A DNA stretch of 32,000 bases from Thermofilum pendens Hrk 5 (lineage in GTDB: Archaea > Thermoproteota > Thermoprotei > Thermofilales > Thermofilaceae), in NCBI RefSeq assembly GCF_000015225.1, contig NC_008698.1, forward strand, positions 1,320,001 through 1,352,000, written 5' to 3'. The notes under the pieces were generated by a model. That model did not search any database and was not told the DNA's origin. It saw only the letters and a list, made by a program, of their open reading frames with translations. A program made the position numbers and the translations under genes. Positions 1 to 6,694 of the stretch are shown here, piece after piece (position 1 is the first letter of the stretch; each line of letters opens with the position of its first letter).

Positions 1-549
1 TACGAGGAAGGGGTTGGCGGACGACGTGAGCCTATCGATGGCGTTCCTGTGCTCGGCGGCAAGCCCCACGTCGGTCGGGGTAGCCCCCGCGACGGCGGCT
101 TCTTCTCCATCGTCGACGAGCACGGCGTCACCCCCCTTGAGGACGACGACCTTCAGCCTCTTCGAGAGCTCTCCTACGAGCTCCGCGCAGGGAGCCACGC
201 CGCACCCAGCGGTGTCTAGGGCCTCTGCCAGCCTCCTCGCGCCGCCCAGGGTGGCGTACAGCCTAACCTTCCTGCCGAGCCCCGCGGACTTCGACAGCGA
301 GGCGTGCACCACGCCCTGGGGTGCGAGAGGCACCAGCGGCACGAGCCTGCCCCCGTCGTGGAGAGCCGGAAGAATAGCGGAGGCCGCAACCCGCCCCTCC
401 AGCACTGCGCGTAGCAAGCCGGTATCCCCCGTCATAGACGCTACGCTCGCGAGGGCACGGAGCACGGCTGCGGCTGGGACTACGCGCTCCGGCCTGCGGT
501 ACCCGACCCTGAACCCCTTCTCAAAGTCCACCCTGAACGCTTCGAGCAT
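1..549 (-). CDS. csm4: Type III CRISPR effector subunit, Csm4/Cas5-family RAMP; N-terminal 183 codons only, gene continues past the left edge
   Basis: My own translation of the minus strand from ATG at 549 gives MLEAFRVDFEKGFRVGYRRPERVVPAAAVLRALASV...GLAAEHRNAIDRLTSSANPFLV. It is open in frame to position 1. The N-terminal pattern and the RNAIDRxT motif are typical of Csm4/Cmr3-type RAMPs. It starts 6 nt after the csm3 stop. It is absent from the ORF track because no stop lies in the window. The + strand ORF 14..625 is its antisense shadow. Confidence 0.6.
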   Translation of the reverse strand, partial: MLEAFRVDFEKGFRVGYRRPERVVPAAAVLRALASVASMTGDTGLLRAVLEGRVAASAILPALHDGGRLVPLVPLAPQGVVHASLSKSAGLGRKVRLYATLGGARRLAEALDTAGCGVAPCAELVGELSKRLKVVVLKGGDAVLVDDGEEAAVAGATPTDVGLAAEHRNAIDRLTSSANPFLV

Positions 550-554
550 GAAGT

Positions 555-1559
555 CTACCCGAAGAGCGTCTTCTCCACTTCTCCTGCTATCTCGTCCACC
601 TTGCCCAGCAGAGCTTCGACGCTAGCTAGGTCCGCTAGCTTCCTGTACTCGGGCTTCTCCGCGCCGAAGGTCTTCATTACCTCCACCGAGATGTCCTTGA
701 ACTTCACCCTGCCGTACCCCCTGCTACCGGAGGCGCCCAGGTACGTCTCCTCCACCAGCCTGAGCCCCTTGGCGACTAGCTCGAGGTTCCTCTTCACGTA
801 CCCCTTGTCGATGTCGAAAACGAGTAGCCTCAACGCTCCCTGGAACACCACCCCCGGCTTGACGCGGGCAACCTGCCTCGGGTCAGCCGCGGAGGTTATC
901 CTGTCGATCCTGTTCTCGCCTTTCTCTTCGAGGAAGTCCGAGATCGCCAGGATCCTCCTGCCGTTCTCGCTGAGCACGCCAACGTAGTCCTTGTCCGGGG
1001 TCATGTCGTCGACCAGCAGCCTCGTTAGCGCAAGGTTCAGCGCCAGGCTTCGGGCAACCTTCCCCGCCTCTTCGTAGTCGGCGTCATCGGGTTCCTCTTT
1101 GCCCTGCTTCGAAGCTAAGTCTCTGGCAAGCATTTCGACGAGCTGGTCGAAGCCCACGGCGGGAGATCCAAATACTTCGTCTACTTCGCACCTACCGCTT
1201 ATGTCCCGAATTAGCTCGTCTGTGGACATCGGATGAGCACGGGTACCCCAGAGGATTCTCGCATGGAGCCATATCCTCTCGTCCGAGGTGTAAAGGCGCT
1301 TGCCGAGCGAGAGCTCCAAGAGCCCGCGCATCCTCCCCTTCAGGCTGGAGCCGGGGACCAGCGGAACCTCCACTTCGACTTCCGCGCCGCCGAGGCTGTA
1401 CTTGCGCTTGGTCACGATCGGGTAGAGGTCTGCGCCCCCGATCCTGTATACCTGGGCGTGGACGGGCATCCTGATCAGGAGGCCCGTGACTGTCTCCATC
1501 TTCAAGCCTAGCCTGACTATGCCCCGTAGCTCCCTTTGAAGCGCGGACATGGCTATCAC
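555..1559 (-). CDS. csm3: Type III CRISPR backbone subunit Csm3 (Cas7-family RAMP)
   Basis: The motif set matches Csm3/Cmr4: PGSSLKGRMRGLLE glycine-rich loop, IGGADLYP (candidate catalytic Asp), ENRIDRITSAADPRQVARVKPG, and C-terminal GASGSRGYGRVKF. A GAGGTGA Shine-Dalgarno box lies 5 nt before ATG 1550, so the true start is probably 1550 rather than GTG 1559. Confidence 0.8.
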   Translation of the reverse strand: MIAMSALQRELRGIVRLGLKMETVTGLLIRMPVHAQVYRIGGADLYPIVTKRKYSLGGAEVEVEVPLVPGSSLKGRMRGLLELSLGKRLYTSDERIWLHARILWGTRAHPMSTDELIRDISGRCEVDEVFGSPAVGFDQLVEMLARDLASKQGKEEPDDADYEEAGKVARSLALNLALTRLLVDDMTPDKDYVGVLSENGRRILAISDFLEEKGENRIDRITSAADPRQVARVKPGVVFQGALRLLVFDIDKGYVKRNLELVAKGLRLVEETYLGASGSRGYGRVKFKDISVEVMKTFGAEKPEYRKLADLASVEALLGKVDEIAGEVEKTLFG

Positions 1560-1975
1560 CTCTCGTATTTGTAGACTAGCACGGCGAGAGCATCGAGGAT
1601 CGCGCGCCCGCGCTCTGCGACTTCGATGAGATCTCCTCTGTTGTTAAGCCTGCTAGCCACGCTGTCTAGGACTCTCATTACGACCTGGTATATCCCGTCG
1701 CTTATCTGCTTCCTGGCCCACTGGTAACTTACGATGGTCTTCGCGCGTGCCAGCTCGAGCGAGGCCCTAGCTGTACTTGGAGTGCTTCTCGTTAGGTAGT
1801 CGAGAACAGTGCCCACCACCTCGTGGATCCTCCTATAGGCAGTGGTGGTAGTTTTACCGACGAGTTCCTGCGAGGCGAGAATGGCGTCAACCGCTTCGAG
1901 AACCTTTCCGGCGTTCAGGGCGTCGGTTATCAGTTTATCGAGGTTGCGCGGGAGGTGCGAATACTTCTTCGACAC
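1556..1975 (-). CDS. csm2: Putative type III small subunit (Csm2/Cas11-like)
   Basis: 139-aa ORF that looks helical, directly upstream of csm3 and overlapping it by 4 nt. Its size, position, and the KTTTTAYRRIHE and SYQWARKQ segments resemble Csm2 small-subunit segments. The GTG start lies 27 nt downstream of a TTTATAC box, which fits a leaderless transcript. The family call is by eye only. Confidence 0.5.
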   Translation of the reverse strand: MSKKYSHLPRNLDKLITDALNAGKVLEAVDAILASQELVGKTTTTAYRRIHEVVGTVLDYLTRSTPSTARASLELARAKTIVSYQWARKQISDGIYQVVMRVLDSVASRLNNRGDLIEVAERGRAILDALAVLVYKYER

Positions 1976-2001
1976 GAAATATTTTTCATTAACATGTATA
2001 A
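1976..2001. promoter_or_regulatory. Compact AT-rich divergent promoter region shared by csm2 (minus) and the ATPase cassette (plus)
   Basis: Sequence aaatatttttcattaacatgtataaatg. On the minus strand, TTTATAC sits about 27 nt before the csm2 GTG. On the plus strand, AT boxes sit 17-25 nt before ATG 2002 and ATG 2020. Confidence 0.45.
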
Positions 2002-2988
2002 ATGCCTTTCCGGGTTTCGATGAAAAGGGGCATAAAGGTCAAGCTCTCGGGCGAGCGGCTACGCGGCGTCGAGCTTGTACTGGAGGCGGGCTCCGTGAGG
2101 GCCTTCACGGGTTTTAACGCGACGTTGAAGTCCGCGTCGGCGAGGGCGATCCTCCTGGCGCTCCTAGACCTCCAGCTCGTCACTCCGCTGAGCGAGGAAT
2201 TGCTCGGGGACAGGCTTGAAGGCGCGAGGGGGCTTGTGGCGGCTGAGGTCGAGGGCGTCGAGGGAGGGGTGCTGGGCTACGTCGTGGAGGATTACAGGCT
2301 GGTTTTAAGGGCGTACCTCCAGAGTGTGAAGGACAAGCTCGAGGAGCTGAGGGGAGAGGTTCGCAGGCTCGAACCCCCGACGGGCGGGATTGCGAGCGAG
2401 GCTTACAGGCTTATTAGAGAGGTGGAGTGGTTGCTGTCGGGCTCGCGGGACGTCTTGAAGCTCAAGGAGAGCGTGGACACGAAGCTGTTAAGCAGAGCTG
2501 AGAGGCTCGTGGAGGAGGTGCTCGGGAGGGTCGCCGAGAGGGCCGGCGTGAGGGTCGAGGACGTAGCCCCGCTCCACCTCACGGTGACGGGGGAGGGCTT
2601 CATAGTGCGCGACGAGCGCCTAGGCTCCGAGGTTCAGGTAGAGAGCGTCTCGTCCGCTGTGTCCTCCGCGCTGCTCTGGGAGCTTACGAAGCTCTTCTTC
2701 TCGGTGCCCGCGGCGGCGAGGTTTCTCGTAGTGGAGGAACCCGAGGAGGCTATGAGCCCCCTCCAGCAGGTGGCGTACGCGAGGGCCCTCGAGAGGCTCG
2801 CGAAGGAGATGCCGGGCGATAACTACGCGGTCGTCACTACCCACTCGCCGTACGTCGCCGTAGCCCTCTCCGCGGCGCCGGTGTACTTCAGGTGGGACTG
2901 GGACTCGAAGATGTACGTGGCCGAGGAGTCCACGTTGCCACCCTCCTTCACGCTCGCAGAGCTCCTCTTGCTGAAGGGTGGTGGCTAG
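2002..2988 (+). CDS. ABC/SMC/RecF-like (AAA_15/21-type) ATPase with degenerate Walker A
   Basis: The N-terminus VRAFTGFNATLKSASARAILLAL occupies the P-loop position, but reads GFNATLKS instead of GxxxxGK[ST] (Leu replaces the Gly before Lys). The C-terminus has an intact Walker B/D-loop (FLVVEEPEEAMSPLQQ) and H-loop (VVTTHSPYV). The start could instead be ATG 2020. Confidence 0.65.
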   Translation: MPFRVSMKRGIKVKLSGERLRGVELVLEAGSVRAFTGFNATLKSASARAILLALLDLQLVTPLSEELLGDRLEGARGLVAAEVEGVEGGVLGYVVEDYRLVLRAYLQSVKDKLEELRGEVRRLEPPTGGIASEAYRLIREVEWLLSGSRDVLKLKESVDTKLLSRAERLVEEVLGRVAERAGVRVEDVAPLHLTVTGEGFIVRDERLGSEVQVESVSSAVSSALLWELTKLFFSVPAAARFLVVEEPEEAMSPLQQVAYARALERLAKEMPGDNYAVVTTHSPYVAVALSAAPVYFRWDWDSKMYVAEESTLPPSFTLAELLLLKGGG

Positions 2989-3454
2989 GAGGGCCGTAGT
3001 AGACCTCCTCGCCTTCTTCGGGTGCAGGCACCCCTCTCCGGGGTGTTCGTTTAACGCCGAGCTCCTCGATTACCTCGTGAGGATCGGGGTGACCGTGCAC
3101 TTCGTCTCGAGGGTCCAGGTCGAGAAGTACAACTGGGGGTCGTGCGCCGGGGAAAAAGCCAGGCTTCTCGCCTGGTTGCGGAAGGGAAAGGAGCTGGGGC
3201 ACGGTGCGCGCGAGGAGAGGGTTGCCGGGGAGGTCGTGAGGGGAGGTGTGCACAGGGACGAGTACCTGGACCTCTGCGCGGGCGTAGCGAAGGCGTTCCA
3301 GGAATGCTCCGCGGATCTGGCGCTGCTCTGCTCCGGGAAGACGATGGACGTGGACGAGCTCCTCCTAAAGTTGAGGCGCGTAGCCGAGGTGGAGCTCGAG
3401 GCGCTCAGCTTCCCGGACGTCTACCTCCTGAGGAAGGTGGATCGGCGACGCTGA
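2978..3454 (+). CDS. Hypothetical protein (orphan B), translationally coupled to the ATPase
   Basis: The GTG start overlaps the ATPase stop by 11 nt. GC3-rich codon usage is consistent with coding. I recognise no family. The N-terminus (AVVDLLAFFG...AELLDYLVRIGVTVHFVS) looks like beta-alpha-beta by eye. Confidence 0.45.
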   Translation: MVARRAVVDLLAFFGCRHPSPGCSFNAELLDYLVRIGVTVHFVSRVQVEKYNWGSCAGEKARLLAWLRKGKELGHGAREERVAGEVVRGGVHRDEYLDLCAGVAKAFQECSADLALLCSGKTMDVDELLLKLRRVAEVELEALSFPDVYLLRKVDRRR

Positions 3455-3897
3455 GGCTATCGCTTATAGTCGAGCCTCCCGGCCGCGCTGAGCTCGCGTG
3501 CACGCTTAGAGCGCTCCTCCGCAGGGGTGGCGCCGCCGAGCTCTGGCTGTCCTGCGCCGACGCCGACGCCCTAGCCGAGTCGATGCTACGGTTGCACGAC
3601 GCCGGCTACTCCGTGCTGCGGGTGGGGTTGCTCGACGGATCCCTGTTACCGCCGACAGCCGTGCTCGACGAGCCCAGGCTAGCCGAGGCCGACCCCGCCG
3701 TCGGGGGGCGCCTGCTGGTAGAGTGCAGCGCGGCTCAGTGCTGGGAGCTGGCCTTAGCGCTCGCCGCGAGGTGCAGGAGAGTAGCGTGGAGTGCGCGCAG
3801 GCCAGACACCCTTGCCGTGGTTGCGGAGAACCTCAGGGTCTCCGAGCTGTTCGAGAGGGGGGCCAGGCTCCTCAAACCGTTCAGGTCTCCCCCATAG
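3451..3897 (+). CDS. Hypothetical protein (orphan C); start unresolved, possibly joined to orphan B by a frameshift
   Basis: Protein-like translation (LRLSLIVEPPGRAELACTLRALLRRGGAAELWLSC...) begins exactly where orphan B stops, in the -1 frame. There is no ATG/GTG/TTG in frame between 3304 and ATG 3583. The 3142..3450 part of the track ORF is an RG-rich alternate frame of orphan B. Confidence 0.4.
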   Translation: MRLSLIVEPPGRAELACTLRALLRRGGAAELWLSCADADALAESMLRLHDAGYSVLRVGLLDGSLLPPTAVLDEPRLAEADPAVGGRLLVECSAAQCWELALALAARCRRVAWSARRPDTLAVVAENLRVSELFERGARLLKPFRSPP

Positions 3898-3899
3898 CT

Positions 3900-3919
3900 G
3901 CGCGCGAAAACACGCGCGC
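3900..3919. terminator. GC-only hairpin between orphan C stop and the CRISPR trailer
   Basis: gcgcgcg-aaaaca-cgcgcgc forms a 7-bp perfect stem with a 6-nt loop. It lies 3 nt after the TAG at 3895-3897 and abuts the most distal repeat remnant. A role as a bidirectional transcription stop or insulator is inferred, not shown. Confidence 0.4.
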
Positions 3920-3987
3920 CTTTCAACGCTTAAGGCAAGAACTGTTTCGAGGATATGACCCTCTCAATGCTTTCCCACAGCCGCCCC
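3920..3987 (-). repeat. Decayed CRISPR repeat remnants at the trailer end
   Basis: From 3920, ctttcaacgct matches the first 12 nt of the repeat with 1 mismatch and then diverges. From 3961, ctctcaatgctttcccacag matches the repeat with 1 mismatch and a 2-nt insertion. The 3961 copy lies 67 nt before the first intact repeat, which is one normal unit length. Confidence 0.6.
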
Positions 3988-4027
3988 CCGTTCCGATCAA
4001 TGGTTCAGTACTGACTCGGTGCGTCTG

Positions 4028-4529
4028 CTTTTAATGCTTTCACAGTTGCTTCTAAAAAATCACGTTGGAAGAGGTGCGGACGTATGAGCTTTTTGTTTAC
4101 GTTCGGCTTTTAATGCTTTCACAGTTGCTTCGTGACCTCGGCGCCGAAGCCCGGCCTCAGCAACTTGAACCTTTCAATGCTTTCACAGTTGCTTCGGCCT
4201 ACGCCGTGACACAGCTGGTGTTCTACGTGGCAGACCTTTCAATGCTTTCACAGTTGCTTCGAGGGTAAGGTTGTCTAAGAGCGGGACCCACGGCGAGGAA
4301 TACTACCTTTCAATGCTTTCACAGTTGCTTCCCAAGTTCTCTTTCAATTGTTTTCCCGTTGAATCGGATCTTTCAATGCTTTCACAGTTGCTTCCGATCC
4401 TAGCTGGCTTGGTGAGCGGTGAGCCCACGATACTGATCTTTCAATGCTTTCACAGTTGCTTCAACTTCTTGGAGCGCGGCAGGAAGCTGGAGTCCTTCGT
4501 GCGGCTTTCAATGCTTTCACAGTTGCTTC
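4028..4529 (-). CRISPR. CRISPR array, 8 intact 25-nt repeats and 7 spacers
   Basis: The plus-strand repeat is CTTTCAATGCTTTCACAGTTGCTTC, at 4028, 4107, 4171, 4236, 4307, 4370, 4438 and 4505. The first two carry C5->T. Spacers are 54, 39, 40, 46, 38, 43 and 42 nt. The reverse complement, GAAGCAACTGTGAAAGCATTGAAAG, ends in the ATTGAAAG 8-nt crRNA handle. Decayed repeats lie on the left and an AT-rich leader on the right, so transcription is on the minus strand. Confidence 0.95.
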
Positions 4530-4774
4530 CGACCATTTTTCACGGCAGAGGATCTATAAATTCTTTTCTCAGTGAGTCGAAGCCTGCAAAACTGCCTCTT
4601 TGACAAAGTTTACCCAAGAGAGACTTCGAAAACTGTTTCGGGAAATTCCCGGCAGAAAACGGGATTTCATAGGAAGTATTTTCAAAAGAGGTTCTTCTCG
4701 TCGAGTGGGATTCGTAAACAGAAAATCGAAATCCCGACCTCTGCCGGGAATTTGCGGCGGAAGGTTTTTGCGCT
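4530..4774 (-). promoter_or_regulatory. CRISPR leader with TATA/BRE promoter
   Basis: The flank next to the best-conserved repeat is AT-richer. Plus-strand TATAAA at 4555-4560 reads TTTATA on the minus strand. It is preceded on that strand by purine-rich GAGAAAAGAA and lies 25 nt upstream of the first repeat (4529). Confidence 0.6.
4643..4753. repeat. Inverted repeat pair inside the CRISPR leader (26-nt arms, 59-nt spacer)
   Basis: The left arm is aaattcccggcagaaaacgggatttc (4643-4668). The right arm is gaaatcccgacctctgccgggaattt (4728-4753). The arms are complementary at 23 of 26 positions, with a 3-nt central mismatch. The left arm also contains the local palindrome cgggaa-a-ttcccg. Confidence 0.8.
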
Positions 4775-5320
4775 GTGCCGGGTTTTTCGCTTTGGGTGGT
4801 CTCAGTGTTGCATATAGGTGTGGCGGCTCACAGCTCTGGCTCTGACGCTGAGAGGGCTTGGAGGTTTGTCTCGGCTTTGCCGGGCGGTGTTAGGGTGTTG
4901 CTTGGGGGTTACTGGGGTGTTATGAGGGACGTGGCTGAAGCCGCTAGGAGGAGGGGTTTGACCGTGGTGTTCTTCCTGCCGGTCGACCCTCCGGCGGAGG
5001 TCCCGGACGACGAGCTCTTCGTCCGCGTGGATACGGGGCTCGACTTGAGGGGGAGGAGCGTGGCGCTCGTGAGGAGCTCTGACGCGCTGGCGGTGCTTGG
5101 GGGCGAGGTTGGCACGGTGGTGGAGGCTTTCCTCGCCTACTCCTACGGGAAGCCCGTCGCGGTGCTGAGGGGGACTGGGCTCTCGTCGGACGCGCTGGAG
5201 CGCGCCTTCCCGCGGGGCTTCGACGGCAGGGGGAGCGCCCCGGTTGTCTACGTGGATACCCCGGAGGAGCTAGCCGCTAGGGTCGTGGAGCTAGCCGCGT
5301 CGAGGCGGGGGCGCAGGTAG
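4775..5320 (+). CDS. LOG/SLOG-superfamily Rossmann protein (TIGR00725-like)
   Basis: GGYWGVMRDVAEAARRRG and LGGEVGTVVEAF (the GGxGTxxE motif) are LOG-family hallmarks. The length fits the short archaeal TIGR00725 type. The likely real start is GTG 4805 (MLHIGVAAHSSGS). Confidence 0.7.
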   Translation: MPGFSLWVVSVLHIGVAAHSSGSDAERAWRFVSALPGGVRVLLGGYWGVMRDVAEAARRRGLTVVFFLPVDPPAEVPDDELFVRVDTGLDLRGRSVALVRSSDALAVLGGEVGTVVEAFLAYSYGKPVAVLRGTGLSSDALERAFPRGFDGRGSAPVVYVDTPEELAARVVELAASRRGRR

Positions 5321-5328
5321 CGCTCGCG

Positions 5329-5850
5329 CTACTCCCGGCGGCTCCTGGCCTTCCTCAGGGCTTCCCCCGCGAAGTCTAGTAGCCACTTCACCACGGGCCT
5401 CGCCGCCGCGACGTCTTCCACCCTGTACTTGGCCTCGTGGAAGCCCCACACGTGTATCTCGTAGGCCTTGGACCACGCCAGGTGTACCCTCTCGTCCCCG
5501 AGGATCCTGGAGAGGTCTGTGGCCGCCATGCCGAGTAGCCATGTGTCCCACCTGCCTCTCTCCCTGACTTTCTCCAGCGTTGGGGCGTTGAAGCCCTCTG
5601 CCAGCGCCTTGATGCACTCCTCGGCAACTTTGTACAGCTTCTCGCTCGCCTGGACTGGGTCGCCTTTGCCCAGGTACTCGTCGGCCTCCTCCATGAACTT
5701 CGCCGCGAGCTCGAGCCTAGCCTCGGCGACAACCTCAGGGTCCAAGTCGAGCGCTTTCGACAACGCGTCTACCACGAGGCTCTCGACGCTCAACCCCCTC
5801 TTCTCGACCTCCTCTACGAGCCTCCTCGGGATAACCACTGTCTTCTCCAT
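5329..5850 (-). CDS. PaREP1-family protein (archaeal helical family)
   Basis: EARLELAAKFMEEADEYLGKGDPVQASEKLYKVAEECIKALAE...RGRWDTWLL...AWSKAYEIHVWGFHEAK matches my memory of the PaREP1 consensus. Confidence 0.65.
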   Translation of the reverse strand: MEKTVVIPRRLVEEVEKRGLSVESLVVDALSKALDLDPEVVAEARLELAAKFMEEADEYLGKGDPVQASEKLYKVAEECIKALAEGFNAPTLEKVRERGRWDTWLLGMAATDLSRILGDERVHLAWSKAYEIHVWGFHEAKYRVEDVAAARPVVKWLLDFAGEALRKARSRRE

Positions 5851-5874
5851 TCCGCCCCTAAACGCCCCAGCCGG

Positions 5875-6687
5875 CTACTTAACCTTTGCCGCGCCTCGCA
5901 GCTCCTGCGTCGAGGCGAGGTCGTAGATAGTCGTCGCGCCTAGCGCGGCGGCGCGGGGGCATAGGTAGAGGTAGCCCTTCTTCACCCCCTGCTTGATGCA
6001 CGACTCGTCGTCGACCTCCGTAGCCTTTACGCCAGCCTCTTCGAGCGCTTTCAGCAACTTCTCCTCGACGGGCTTGAGGAGGCACGGGACGTGCACTGGT
6101 CCTTCGTAGCTGATCTTAACGCCGAGCTCCGCTAGGTGGAGGGCGAAGAAGTCTACGCCGAGGGCGTGGGAGACCTCGGGCGACGCCGCTACCAGTGCCT
6201 CTGCGCCTCCCAGCCGCTTTACGAGCTTCTTCGTTGCCCCCGCGTCGAGGGGGCGCCCCTCGGAGTACCTGGCGGCTACCCCGGATACCAGGGCGAGCCC
6301 TGTCCCCAGGGCTTCCGCGAGCTTCTCGGCGTAGGGCGCGTCGAGCTCGAGGTCTGCCACCAGGACGGTTTCCCCTGGCTTGAGGGAGTGGAGGCGGGGC
6401 TTCGCGGGCTCCGGGCTGTAGGTCTCGGGTAGCTGGAAGCCGAGGGGGCACTCGAAGGAGCACCGCCAGCACTTCAGGCAGTTCTTCGCCGCCACTTCCT
6501 TGAACCTGGAGTAGCCCAGGGGGCTTAGGAGGACGTTGCCGGTGGCGGTGTAGGTTGGGCAGGACGCCAGGCATATGCCGGGGCAGTAGATGCAGGGGTT
6601 CTTGACCCTCCTGAAGGGTAGGAGCGCTAGGCGGGCGGCGAGGCCCGGCGTTACCTTCACGGCCCTGAGTGCCTTGAGGCTCACCAC
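5875..6687 (-). CDS. (Fe-S)-binding oxidoreductase subunit, GlcF/GlpC/LutA-like
   Basis: It has two ferredoxin-type cysteine motifs (CIYCPGICLASCP and CLKCWRCSFECP) followed by a Cys-containing C-terminal half. The GTG start lies 8 nt after a GGGGTGA SD that overlaps the upstream stop. Confidence 0.7.
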   Translation of the reverse strand: MVSLKALRAVKVTPGLAARLALLPFRRVKNPCIYCPGICLASCPTYTATGNVLLSPLGYSRFKEVAAKNCLKCWRCSFECPLGFQLPETYSPEPAKPRLHSLKPGETVLVADLELDAPYAEKLAEALGTGLALVSGVAARYSEGRPLDAGATKKLVKRLGGAEALVAASPEVSHALGVDFFALHLAELGVKISYEGPVHVPCLLKPVEEKLLKALEEAGVKATEVDDESCIKQGVKKGYLYLCPRAAALGATTIYDLASTQELRGAAKVK

Positions 6688-6694
6688 GAAGCGC

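Noticed and set aside
14-625. 203-aa + strand ORF at the left edge (Ser/Thr/Ala/Pro-rich)
   Set aside because: It is the low-complexity antisense shadow of the minus-strand csm4 and the csm3 3' end, both of which have clear RAMP motifs.
3142-3450. First 103 codons of track ORF 3142..3897 (MRRGKSQASRLVAEGKGAGARCARGEG...)
   Set aside because: It is an RG-rich alternate frame fully inside orphan B. Only the part after the B stop looks like real protein.
4065-4603. Track ORFs 4065..4268 and 4271..4603 (+), with the recurring peptide LSMLSQLL
   Set aside because: They are translations of the CRISPR repeats. The periodic LSMLSQLL comes from the 25-nt repeat read in frame. They are not genes.
4572-4845. 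Two overlapping 81-aa + strand ORFs in the CRISPR leader
   Set aside because: Both are basic and low-complexity, they overlap each other in different frames, and they lie in AT-rich leader DNA. No motif or start context supports them.
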